Assembly: GCA_964578255.1 (NCBI GenBank)
Contig: CAZOCC010000035.1
Coordinates: 6,262-70,261 of the forward strand
Direction of reading: 5' to 3'
Length of the DNA: 64,000 bases
Source of the DNA: an uncultured Dehalococcoidia bacterium
Lineage (GTDB): Bacteria > Chloroflexota > Dehalococcoidia > Lucifugimonadales > UBA2985
Shown here: in pieces, positions 20,674 to 29,282 of the stretch
Layout: every line of letters begins with the position of its first letter
How positions within the stretch are numbered: the stretch's first letter is position 1
Made by a program: the position numbers and the translations under genes
The notes under the pieces: generated by a model
The model's input: only the letters and a program-made list of their open reading frames with translations
Told to the model about the DNA's origin: nothing
Database searches by the model: none

Positions 20674-21069
20674 ATGGTTCAGCAACAATATTATTACGGA
20701 ACTGGTAAGAGAAAGACAGCTGTGGCCCAAGTCAGGTTGTATCCTGGTGCCGGGGGATTTTTGATTAATGACAAGGCCTTGGAGGATATATTCCCGTTGC
20801 CTGCCTGGCAGTCTGTTATATTGGAGCCTATGAAACTGACGGATAGTGAAGGTAAATTCAGAGTGGTGGTCAAACTACATGGAGGGGGAGTGACAAGTCA
20901 GGCAGGGGCACTAAGGCATGGTATAGCAAGGGCCCTTACAGTTGCAGATCAAGAATTGCGTCCGGTTTTAAAGAAACATGGCTTGCTTACCAGAGACTCT
21001 AGAATAAAGGAAAGCAAGAAGTACGGACTCAAAAGGGCTCGGCGAGCACCTCAATATACCAAGAGATAG
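20674..21069 (+). CDS. rpsI: 30S ribosomal protein S9 (uS9)
   Basis: Begins MVQQQYYYGTGKRKTAVA and ends KKYGLKRARRAPQYTKR. ATG 20674 lies 1 nt after the rplM stop (ORF opens at 20626). Confidence 0.95.
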   Translation: MVQQQYYYGTGKRKTAVAQVRLYPGAGGFLINDKALEDIFPLPAWQSVILEPMKLTDSEGKFRVVVKLHGGGVTSQAGALRHGIARALTVADQELRPVLKKHGLLTRDSRIKESKKYGLKRARRAPQYTKR

Positions 21070-21130
21070 TAAAGGCCTCACATTACCAGTGCAGGTAGTA
21101 TTTCTTATTGTCACGTGATTATCTTCACCA

Positions 21131-23551
21131 TTAGGAGTTGTCCGGGTTTATTAGCGACATATATTTGTGAAGTTCTGTTGCGATCAATATGTTTTCTTGT
21201 TTCTCAAGTGCAGGATCATCACGCATCACAATAGACGCTCCCTCTCTGGCTATATTGAGCAAGTCTCTATCAGATAAGCGTGCCATGCGCAGGTTAGGCA
21301 GGCCACTTTGACGAGTACCGAAGAAATCACCCGGGCCCCTGAATCTTAAGTCTTCTTCTGCCACTGCGAAGCCGTCACTGACACGTTGCATGGCCTCAAG
21401 TCTTTCATTAGCTATGGCTGACTGAGATTCCGATAAGAGTAAACAATGACTGGTGTGCGTGCCGCGTCCTACGCGTCCACGAAATTGATGTAATTGTGCC
21501 AGCCCGAACCTGTCAGCACCGTTTATAAGTATTACTGTGGCATTTGGATTATCTATCCCAACTTCCACAACTGGAGTGGAAACTAGTATATCTATTTTGC
21601 CAGACTGAAATTCCCTCATCACGATTTCTTTATTTTCCAGATTCATGCGACCGTGGAGCAAGCCCAAGGACAATTCTGGAAAAATATCTTGTGATAAATA
21701 TTGAAATTCACTGGTAGCTGCACGTATTTGGAGTGTTTCTGATTCCTCTATTAGGGGGCAAACCACGAAACACTGATGTCCCTCCCCCACCTCTTTCCTT
21801 AGAAATTCGTAGGCCGTAAAACGATCTTCAGATGGTATTCTCTTGGTCAATATTTTTTGTCTCCCTGGAGGCAGTTCATCCAATACGGATAGATCCAGGT
21901 CTCCGTATAGGGTAAGTGCTAATGATCTAGGTATAGGGGTGGCTGACATAACTAACATGTGAGGGGTCTGACCTTTTTCTCTGAGGGACGCTCGTTGCAT
22001 CACGCCAAATCTGTGTTGTTCGTCTACTATGGCCAAAGCCATGTCAGGAAGTCCCACTTCCTTTTGTAACAAGGAATGTGTTCCTATTATGATATCTAAT
22101 GCCTTTTCGGATATCATTTGTCGTATTGTCCTTTTTTGTTTATTGCTATGACTGCCCATTAATATTCCAATAGAGATGTCTCGGTGATAAGGTGGCATTT
22201 TTAATGTGCACCAATTGTCCTGAACGCTAACTGTAGAGTTTCGTGATAGCAAGGATGATATGTAGTTAAAATGCTGTTGCGCCAGTATTTCCGTAGGAGC
22301 CATAAAAACAGCCTGATAACCGGAAGATATTGCGGGCATCATGGCGGCCAAGGCCACGGCGGTTTTTCCGCTGCCCACATCGCCTTGTAGCAACCTACTC
22401 ATTGGTCTGTCTGATCTCATATCCTCCAGTATCTCTCCTAGGGCTTTTTTCTGAGCGTTGGTTAATAGGTATGGCATTTTCGAATACAGTGTTTCTAGCA
22501 GCCGGTGATCATCGTTTAATGCGATAGCGGTCCCACTTTCACGCCAGCTCTTCCTCCGCGACAGTACGTACATCTGCATAGTGAATAATTCGTCGAAGGC
22601 TAGGCGTTTCCTAGCTACATCTTTGGATTGAGGAGTCTCTGGGTAATGTGCGTTCTGTATCGCTTGCTGAAGGTTCATAAGTTTGTATTTGCGCCTTAGG
22701 GATTCTGGTAATGGATCCTCAATGCTCTTTAACCATGTAGTTAATGCGGTTTTGATGAGCCTCCTTACTGTTCGTAGGGAGATCCCGTTGGTTAGAGGAT
22801 ATATTGGGAACATACCCTTAGAGGCATCTATTTGCTCGTCTTTTTTCAGAATCTCATATTCAGGGGATTCAAGTACGATTCTGTCTCGGAATCTATTTGC
22901 TTTTCCGCTTAACACTAACCTCATCCCTGATTTAAAGGTGTTGGCAAGATATGGTTGGTTGAACCATACAACACGTATATTGCCGGTTTCGTCACCGACA
23001 ATTGCTTCTGTTGACTTGTGTCTTCCGCCTATTAATACAGCCCTAGATTCCCAAACTTCTACCAAGAGTGTACGGTCTGTGTTAGTGTCCATGGTTGAAA
23101 CCTTAGTAAGTTGCCCAAAATCGTTGTGCCTATTTGGGAAAAGATAAATGAGGTCATGGATTGTGTTTACACCAATATGATTTAGTTTAGCGATTTGGGT
23201 TTTGGTAATTCTAGGTATTGCTGATATAGGAGATGACAGACCAGCGGGGTTGGTTTTATTTGGCAAAGTTTTTGAGGTCGTTCGATTTCTTGAGGGTTCT
23301 CTATTTTTGGGAACTGGATTCTCTAGATTATCCAATGTGTGTAATGCGCGTTTTAACCAACTTGCTCTATCTTTCTGAGTCATACTATCATATCCAGAAG
23401 CTGGCAAATGGACTAGTCGTCTTATGCGATTGCTGGATTCCAAAAACTTATCTATGCCACCCACTACAGAGTTGTTCCTGTAACCTTTATCTTTTTCCAA
23501 AGAAAGGATTTTCTTCAGGGTATCTAGCGTTGTGATTAGTGAATTAGGCAT
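21131..23551 (-). CDS. recG: ATP-dependent DNA helicase RecG
   Basis: 806 aa. Walker A GDVGSGKT, DEQHRFG box, helicase C-terminal motifs (QLHQFRGRVGRG), wedge-domain region, and an N-terminal extension. Confidence 0.93.
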   Translation of the reverse strand: MPNSLITTLDTLKKILSLEKDKGYRNNSVVGGIDKFLESSNRIRRLVHLPASGYDSMTQKDRASWLKRALHTLDNLENPVPKNREPSRNRTTSKTLPNKTNPAGLSSPISAIPRITKTQIAKLNHIGVNTIHDLIYLFPNRHNDFGQLTKVSTMDTNTDRTLLVEVWESRAVLIGGRHKSTEAIVGDETGNIRVVWFNQPYLANTFKSGMRLVLSGKANRFRDRIVLESPEYEILKKDEQIDASKGMFPIYPLTNGISLRTVRRLIKTALTTWLKSIEDPLPESLRRKYKLMNLQQAIQNAHYPETPQSKDVARKRLAFDELFTMQMYVLSRRKSWRESGTAIALNDDHRLLETLYSKMPYLLTNAQKKALGEILEDMRSDRPMSRLLQGDVGSGKTAVALAAMMPAISSGYQAVFMAPTEILAQQHFNYISSLLSRNSTVSVQDNWCTLKMPPYHRDISIGILMGSHSNKQKRTIRQMISEKALDIIIGTHSLLQKEVGLPDMALAIVDEQHRFGVMQRASLREKGQTPHMLVMSATPIPRSLALTLYGDLDLSVLDELPPGRQKILTKRIPSEDRFTAYEFLRKEVGEGHQCFVVCPLIEESETLQIRAATSEFQYLSQDIFPELSLGLLHGRMNLENKEIVMREFQSGKIDILVSTPVVEVGIDNPNATVILINGADRFGLAQLHQFRGRVGRGTHTSHCLLLSESQSAIANERLEAMQRVSDGFAVAEEDLRFRGPGDFFGTRQSGLPNLRMARLSDRDLLNIAREGASIVMRDDPALEKQENILIATELHKYMSLINPDNS

Positions 23552-23641
23552 AGGAAATATAGGTATGGCATATATTCATGAGCATTCCAACATCTTGACG
23601 ATTCGGTCCTTGGATGAGGGACTTATGTCTCATGGGAGTAA

Positions 23642-25285
23642 TTATTCCACCGATATGATGTAATTATAGTGTGGCTGACCTCCGTATACAATTTCTATAT
23701 CCGATTTTGGGAACATGCCACGGATATTTGTGCCAATAGTGTGGGCTTCTTGCTCCAAAGTGGTGTGTCCCCAATAAATGGTTATTAGAGAATCAGGTTC
23801 GGGGTATGTTAGGGCAATTAGCTTAGGGACGACTTCAGCATACTCTTGCCCAGCGACAGTTAATTGCCCGTCGATCAGTCCTATAACATGATCTTTTTCA
23901 ACTTGTAAGTTATCTAGGTGTAAATTTCGTGTGGCGAGACAGACCGCTGCAGACATGACTGAAGTAGTCGATTGGTTCATTTCGTAGATGTTTTGGTCGA
24001 TGGTTTTATCGACGTTAAAGGCTAAAGTGGCCGCAATGCCTTGGGGTATCGTCTTGGTAGGAATTATTGCTACATTTTTTTGGGACATTGTTGCCGCTTG
24101 CTCGGCGGCGGCTACTATATTGGGGTTATTGGGTAGTACTATTATGTTTTCAGCTTGGATACCGTCAGCGGCATTGAGTATTTCTTGTGTGCTGGGGTTC
24201 ATTGTGTCTGTTCCCTGTAATACTGCTGATACCCCTGATTGCAGAAACACATCCACAAGGCCTTGTCCGGATGCTATTGCTAACACACCTATTTCTTTCA
24301 TAATAGTTGTATCTGTAGTGGAGTTGACGAATTCTTGATGCTGATCATCCATATTAGCGATATTTATCTCTGTCATTATACCTAGAGAGACTCCGTAGGT
24401 GAGTAGTGCGCCAGGATTGGTGGTATGAGCATGTATTCTCAGCGTCTTTTCATCTCCTATCACAACAGTGGAATGTGCCATAGACATTAGCTTTTCCCTA
24501 ATATGGTCTATATCCATATTGCTCGAACTTAAAAGGAATTGGGTACAATAACCAAATGCTTCATGTGGGTGGTACTTCTGGTATGCGTGGTCGATATCTT
24601 GTTGATTGGAAACCGTGTTGGTATAGGGCAATTCAATTTCTTCAGGAGATTCTCCCTTCAAGACTTTGAGTGCTCCTTCCAATAGAATTGAAAAACCTTG
24701 GCCACCTGCATCCACAACCCCTGCCTTCTTTAGTATAGGTAAGAGTTCAGGTGTATTAGATACAGATACTTTGGCTGCCTTTGTCATATCTTCCCACATT
24801 GAGATGATGTCTGGGTTATCTGAGGCACTATTTGATGCGGCTTCGGCTGTATGTCTTATCACTGTAAGGAGTGTGCCCTCAACCGGATTGCCAACGGCTT
24901 TATACGCCAGTCTATTGGCTGACTCCATTGCAAGTGCAATGGACTTGCAATCCAGTAGATGCCCTTCCCTTATCTCGCTAGTAAATCCTTGAAGAAATTG
25001 TGCCAGTATGACCCCACTGTTTCCTCTGGCACCTAGCAAAGCCCCTCTAGCCATGGCAGTTACTATTTCTGAATCACTCATAGAGTTTGGGTCCACGATG
25101 TATTCTTCGATCGCTTTCATGGTGAGGAACATATTTGTTCCGGTATCTCCATCTGGTACAGGAAATACATTCAGGGAATTTATTGGTTCTAAGTTTTTCT
25201 CTATAGCTTTACTGCCCAAGAGTATTATTGATACCAATTCTCTGGGCGTAATATAGTATTTGTTAATAGTGTTTCTCTCTTGCAT
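23642..25285 (-). CDS. yloV: DAK2-domain fusion protein (YloV family)
   Basis: 547 aa with a DAK2-like N-terminus (VPDGDTGTNM) and a DegV-like C-terminal half. Upstream of recG and divergent from rpmB, as in Bacillus. Confidence 0.8.
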   Translation of the reverse strand: MQERNTINKYYITPRELVSIILLGSKAIEKNLEPINSLNVFPVPDGDTGTNMFLTMKAIEEYIVDPNSMSDSEIVTAMARGALLGARGNSGVILAQFLQGFTSEIREGHLLDCKSIALAMESANRLAYKAVGNPVEGTLLTVIRHTAEAASNSASDNPDIISMWEDMTKAAKVSVSNTPELLPILKKAGVVDAGGQGFSILLEGALKVLKGESPEEIELPYTNTVSNQQDIDHAYQKYHPHEAFGYCTQFLLSSSNMDIDHIREKLMSMAHSTVVIGDEKTLRIHAHTTNPGALLTYGVSLGIMTEINIANMDDQHQEFVNSTTDTTIMKEIGVLAIASGQGLVDVFLQSGVSAVLQGTDTMNPSTQEILNAADGIQAENIIVLPNNPNIVAAAEQAATMSQKNVAIIPTKTIPQGIAATLAFNVDKTIDQNIYEMNQSTTSVMSAAVCLATRNLHLDNLQVEKDHVIGLIDGQLTVAGQEYAEVVPKLIALTYPEPDSLITIYWGHTTLEQEAHTIGTNIRGMFPKSDIEIVYGGQPHYNYIISVE

Positions 25286-25471
25286 TACCCACCATCATGT
25301 GGTTGGTTTATCAGTGACTAGGGTTGTCACGGCATTGCTAAAATTCAGGTCTTCTGATATCCTACACGCTCGGATTGTACTTAAATCCAAGTGTGACGTC
25401 AAAGGCTTTTGGTTTATTGCTAGGGGGTAAGATGTCAGAATACTTGGTACTACGATAAGGGGAATAAAGAC

Positions 25472-25669
25472 ATGGCTAAGTGTCAGTTGTGTGGTAAGTC
25501 TGGACATTCCGGTAACAACGTAAGCCACTCTAAAAGAAGGACCAAAACGCGTTTCATGCCTAATGTACAGAGAACCACTATCGTTCTAGATGGTAAAGTG
25601 GCGCACGTCTCGGCGTGTACACGTTGTATTAGGACTCAATCGAAACCATCAAGATTTGCTGTCGCTTAA
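25472..25669 (+). CDS. rpmB: 50S ribosomal protein L28 (bL28), Cys-containing form
   Basis: 65 aa, MAKCQLCGKSGHSGNNVSHSKRRTK...CTRC. Confidence 0.93.
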   Translation: MAKCQLCGKSGHSGNNVSHSKRRTKTRFMPNVQRTTIVLDGKVAHVSACTRCIRTQSKPSRFAVA

Positions 25670-25729
25670 TATTGTGACAGCTTGATGTAGATAAAGTTGC
25701 ACGATCACTATTTAGTGATTGGAAGGCTA

Positions 25730-26557
25730 TTAATCGTCATTTTCAAGTGGCTTCACAGTGTGTTTTGTTACACATTTTCTGGCAGTGGTTATGAACCCTG
25801 TGTGCGCTATCATACGGTGTTCTGGCCTGACGCTTTGTTGGGTAATTGACCATGGCCTGATCAGTACTTCTATGGTTTCCATAAGTTCAAAATTTAAGTT
25901 TTGGGACAGACCTTCCTGGAGTTGATGGACTTGGAGTATGGTTGGAAGATAGCTTAGAAAAATGCCTCCTGGAACAAGTGCTTCAGCGGCATTTTGCAGG
26001 ACCCTCCAGGGTTCTGGGACGTCAAGAATGATCCTGTCCAGAAAAGTTTCGTTCAAGTCGGAGTATACGTCTAGTAACTTGATTTCCAGGTTGGATAGGT
26101 CTGGGTTGATGGTTTTGATATTGCTACTGGCTTTATGTATCAGATCTGGGTTGATTTCAAAGGATATTACTTTCCCGTTAGGTCCGACAGCTCTCATTAA
26201 TGCGGATGTTAAGGCCCCAGAACCTAGACCAGCTTCTAGAACTTTGGCTCCAGGGAATATGTCTCCATACATCAAGATAGTTCCCAAGTCCTTGGCATAT
26301 ATCACTTGTGTGAAGTGCGGCATATCTTCAACAAAGTCCCTCAGAGTCGGCGAAAAAGCCAATAGTGTGTGGCCAGTGTTAGTGGGTATGCGTGATCCAA
26401 ACTCCGCCCCTATGATGGCATTATGATCTGCTATACCAATATGGGTGTGGAATTTTGCGTTTGACTCTAATGTAATCAGGTAGTGCCTACGTCTCCTATC
26501 TATAAGCAATACCGTGTCACCTTCTGCAAATTTATAGCATTCTTCAACTGCACTCAT
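25730..26557 (-). CDS. trmI: tRNA (adenine-N1)-methyltransferase, TrmI/GCD14 family
   Basis: 275 aa. N-terminal FAEGDTVLL...HTHIG, the YAKDLG motif, and SAM-binding VLEAGLGSGALTSAL. Confidence 0.82.
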   Translation of the reverse strand: MSAVEECYKFAEGDTVLLIDRRRRHYLITLESNAKFHTHIGIADHNAIIGAEFGSRIPTNTGHTLLAFSPTLRDFVEDMPHFTQVIYAKDLGTILMYGDIFPGAKVLEAGLGSGALTSALMRAVGPNGKVISFEINPDLIHKASSNIKTINPDLSNLEIKLLDVYSDLNETFLDRIILDVPEPWRVLQNAAEALVPGGIFLSYLPTILQVHQLQEGLSQNLNFELMETIEVLIRPWSITQQSVRPEHRMIAHTGFITTARKCVTKHTVKPLENDD

Positions 26558-26871
26558 GATGTAAATACTTTTCTCAATGTTTTGTCATGCGATTCAGATT
26601 TTCGTTTGAATTGAGCCAACAATGTATGTTAATAACAGTTTGGTATGATGACCTTGATCTTCAATAGCAAATGGTCATATTTGTTAATTAGAATGTTGAA
26701 GGAATGGGCCATCAAATTCATACACATAACCTAATCCACAGGTTCTCAAATACAATGTGTTTGACAGGAATCAGGGCTCTCCAAGCTCTAATATGGAGTT
26801 AGTACCCTAGACAGTTCGTATGTTACCCTGACAACTTCTTATAATGTGCCTGCTGACTGGTATCTTATACT

Positions 26872-27330
26872 CTACAGATTATCCAGTTCCTTCAATATTT
26901 CTTTAGGATCTGGCAGACCTTGATCGTAAATTCTCTTGAATCGGATAATCCCCTCTTTGTCTATAATAATAACTGCTCTCTTGGTCGTACCACGTTCCTC
27001 GTTGTATATGCCGAACAGCTGGGACACGTGTCCCTTGGGGTGAAAATCTGATAGTAATGGATACGGTATATTTCCCAATCCCGCAGCGAAAGCTCTTTGG
27101 GTTGGTACGCTGTCGACGCTCATGCCCAACACTTGGGCATCCTTATCCTGATAACGGCTATTTTCTAGCCTAAAACCAGAACATTGGTGTGTTCAACCAC
27201 CAGTAAAAGACAACACGTGTGTTTGCAATACAACTATTTTGTTACCGCGATACTCTCCAAGTGTAATGTCTTCGCCTGTATGGGATTTGAGGGTGAAGTC
27301 TGGGGCCATGTCTCCGACTTCTGCTGTCAT
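26872..27330 (-). CDS. AhpE-type 1-Cys peroxiredoxin with in-frame TGA (candidate selenocysteine) at the peroxidatic position
   Basis: ORFs 27193-27426 and 26872-27132 share a frame and are 21 sense codons apart. Read-through gives MTAEVGDMAPDFTLK...LSFTGG[TGA]THQCSGF...LLSDFHPKGHVSQLFGIYNEERG...IIRF. ATG 27330 follows GGAGG. Confidence 0.75.
27148..27179 (-). other. candidate bacterial SECIS hairpin for the peroxiredoxin TGA
   Basis: mRNA folds as CUGGU-UUUA-GGCUA-GAAAA-UAGCC-GUU-AUCAG. It starts 13 nt after the UGA, and the apical loop lies about 30 nt from the UGA. Confidence 0.4.
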
Positions 27331-27478
27331 GTTGTGCCTCCGATAAATTATGCTTACATTATAACTCATGATACTACCAATGGTTACAAGGAATTTCTTG
27401 GTTAATGTATTCAAATATCTAACCAATTCGAACTCAGGTGTGTATATCAGGCCGTAGCTGAGTAGGGTCTGGGAGTTG

Positions 27479-27487
27479 TGATATAAT
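27479..27487 (+). promoter_or_regulatory. candidate extended -10 promoter for the XdhC-like gene
   Basis: TGaTATAAT (TG 27479-27480, TATAAT 27482-27487), about 40 nt upstream of ATG 27527. The -35 is poor. Confidence 0.4.
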
Positions 27488-27526
27488 TAGAGTGAACAGA
27501 CATAATGTATTGAATGGAGTCTGATA

Positions 27527-28648
27527 ATGGAAGAAGTTTTTAAGGAAGCATTAAACCTCTTGGAGAAAGGCCAACAGTTTGTCATTGCTACCGTAGTAGG
27601 GACGAAAGGGTCGACTCCCCAAAAACCAGGTGCCAAACTCTTGGTTAGGGAGGACGGTACTGGAGTTGGTACCTTGGGTGGTGGATGCGTGGAAGGCGAC
27701 ATATGGTTTGCCGCGAAGATGTTGCTTAAAGAAGGTGGTGGACCTACTCTAACTGACTATGAATTGAATGAAGATATAGCTGCTCGCGAGGGTTTGGTTT
27801 GTGGTGGTACCATGTACTTCCTTATAGATCCTGTATTGGATTCTCAGCCAGCTTTAGAGCCTATCAAGAATATTGTGGATGCTTATGGAGGAAGCGCAAG
27901 CTCCGGTCAGGCTACTCTACTTAAATCTGGCTCAGGGAATGGCAATACTGGGGACAAATTGTATATAGGTAATGATGGTGTCGCTAGAGGTACATTGGGG
28001 GATACAGCACGCGATCATGAGGTAACTACTATACTGAGAGATCTTATAGATTATGGTCGAGTCAAGAGTGTAATTACCAAGGATGGCTCAGAGGTTTTCT
28101 TGGAGGGTTATACGACACCGGCATCTGTGGTTATAGCAGGTGGTGGGCACATAGGTAAGTCAATTGCTCCATTGGTTACTATGCTGGGTATGAGACTGAG
28201 CGTTGTGGACGATAGACCAGAGTTTGCCAACAAAGATAGATTCCCAGAGGCGGACAAATTGGTTGTAGAAGATTACGCAGAGGGTCTCAGTAATCTGGAC
28301 ATAAGGCCTAACAGTGCGGTTATTATCGCAACCAGAGGCCATCGCGAGGATGACAGGGCCCTAGAAGCTGCAGTGCGTAGTCCAGCAGGCTATGTAGGTC
28401 TTGTTGGGAGTAGGCGTAAGACTGTTTTGATATATGAAGAATTATTAAAGAATGGCATATCACTCGAAAGGCTAAAGGCGGTTCACGCTCCTATTGGATT
28501 GGACATTGGGGCAAAAACTCCTGAAGAAATTGCACTCAGTATAGTTGCTGAGATAGTGGCTTTTCGGGAAGGAAAGCCAGGTAAATCCATGACTATGGAA
28601 GACAGATATCTGAAGAGAATAGCCGACAAGGTGGGAGTTGCGGTATAA
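27527..28648 (+). CDS. XdhC/CoxI-family molybdenum-hydroxylase maturation protein
   Basis: 373 aa. N-terminal ATVVGTKGSTPQKPGAKLLV...GGGCVE pattern and a C-terminal Rossmann-like VVIAGGGHIG. Confidence 0.8.
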   Translation: MEEVFKEALNLLEKGQQFVIATVVGTKGSTPQKPGAKLLVREDGTGVGTLGGGCVEGDIWFAAKMLLKEGGGPTLTDYELNEDIAAREGLVCGGTMYFLIDPVLDSQPALEPIKNIVDAYGGSASSGQATLLKSGSGNGNTGDKLYIGNDGVARGTLGDTARDHEVTTILRDLIDYGRVKSVITKDGSEVFLEGYTTPASVVIAGGGHIGKSIAPLVTMLGMRLSVVDDRPEFANKDRFPEADKLVVEDYAEGLSNLDIRPNSAVIIATRGHREDDRALEAAVRSPAGYVGLVGSRRKTVLIYEELLKNGISLERLKAVHAPIGLDIGAKTPEEIALSIVAEIVAFREGKPGKSMTMEDRYLKRIADKVGVAV

Positions 28649-28658
28649 CTAGTAGGTT

Positions 28659-29261
28659 ATGAGGGATATGTGGGCTATATTGCTGGCTGCTGGACAATCC
28701 ACTCGTATGGGCTCTCTGAAGGCCCTGCTGCCTTGGAATGGTTCAACTTTAGTAGAGTATCAAGTTAAAACCCTGCTAGCCGCAGGAGTATCCAGTGTGA
28801 TAGTAGTTGTGGGGCATAGAGCGCCCGACATTACCAAGGTCGTTGTTGATATTCCTAAGGTGATGGTTGTTCTGAATGAAAATTACAAAAATGGCAAAAC
28901 CACGTCAATAAAGACTGGTTTGAGACATATACCAACTTCAGCAAGCGATATCCTCATATTGTCAGTGGATCAACCACGCTCTGAGACAGTTGTTGGAAGT
29001 TTGATCCAGGCTCACATAGAGAACCATAGTTTAATCACAGGGCCATATTATAGTGGACATATGGGCCACCCTCTTATATTTTCAGGGGACTTATTGGAAG
29101 AACTCTTGTCTATTCGAGAGGAGTTACAGGGTATCAGGGATATAACTGAGCGTCATAGGGACTCAATTCATCTTGTGGAAACTAACGATCATAGTGTCAT
29201 GACAGACCTCAATTATCCTATGGATGTTGAGATAGCACAGGGGACCAATATAGATGGCTAG
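28659..29261 (+). CDS. MobA/MocA-like nucleotidyltransferase (molybdenum cofactor cytidylyl/guanylyl-transferase family)
   Basis: 200 aa with the AILLAAGQSTRMG..KALLPW N-terminal signature. Follows the XdhC-like gene by 10 nt. Confidence 0.78.
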   Translation: MRDMWAILLAAGQSTRMGSLKALLPWNGSTLVEYQVKTLLAAGVSSVIVVVGHRAPDITKVVVDIPKVMVVLNENYKNGKTTSIKTGLRHIPTSASDILILSVDQPRSETVVGSLIQAHIENHSLITGPYYSGHMGHPLIFSGDLLEELLSIREELQGIRDITERHRDSIHLVETNDHSVMTDLNYPMDVEIAQGTNIDG

Positions 29262-29282
29262 TCACGCTATGCCTATGCAATA

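Noticed and set aside
25704-25719. ATCACT-ATTT-AGTGAT hairpin between convergent rpmB and trmI as a terminator
   Set aside because: It is a 6-bp AT-rich stem with no T-run on either strand, which is too weak to call.
27331-27426. N-terminal 32 codons of ORF 27193-27426 (MVRYLNTLTKKFLVTIGSIMSYNVSIIYRRHN)
   Set aside because: The peroxiredoxin homology starts at MTAEVGDMAPDFTL, and ATG 27330 has a GGAGG 6 nt upstream. The upstream part looks like an open non-coding leader.
26872-27426. Pseudogene interpretation of the split peroxiredoxin
   Set aside because: Considered, but the only lesion is a single TGA sitting exactly on the catalytic Cys column. Both halves stay in frame with intact motifs, and a second TGA-at-redox-Cys gene occurs in the same window. 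It remains the alternative hypothesis until sel genes are found.
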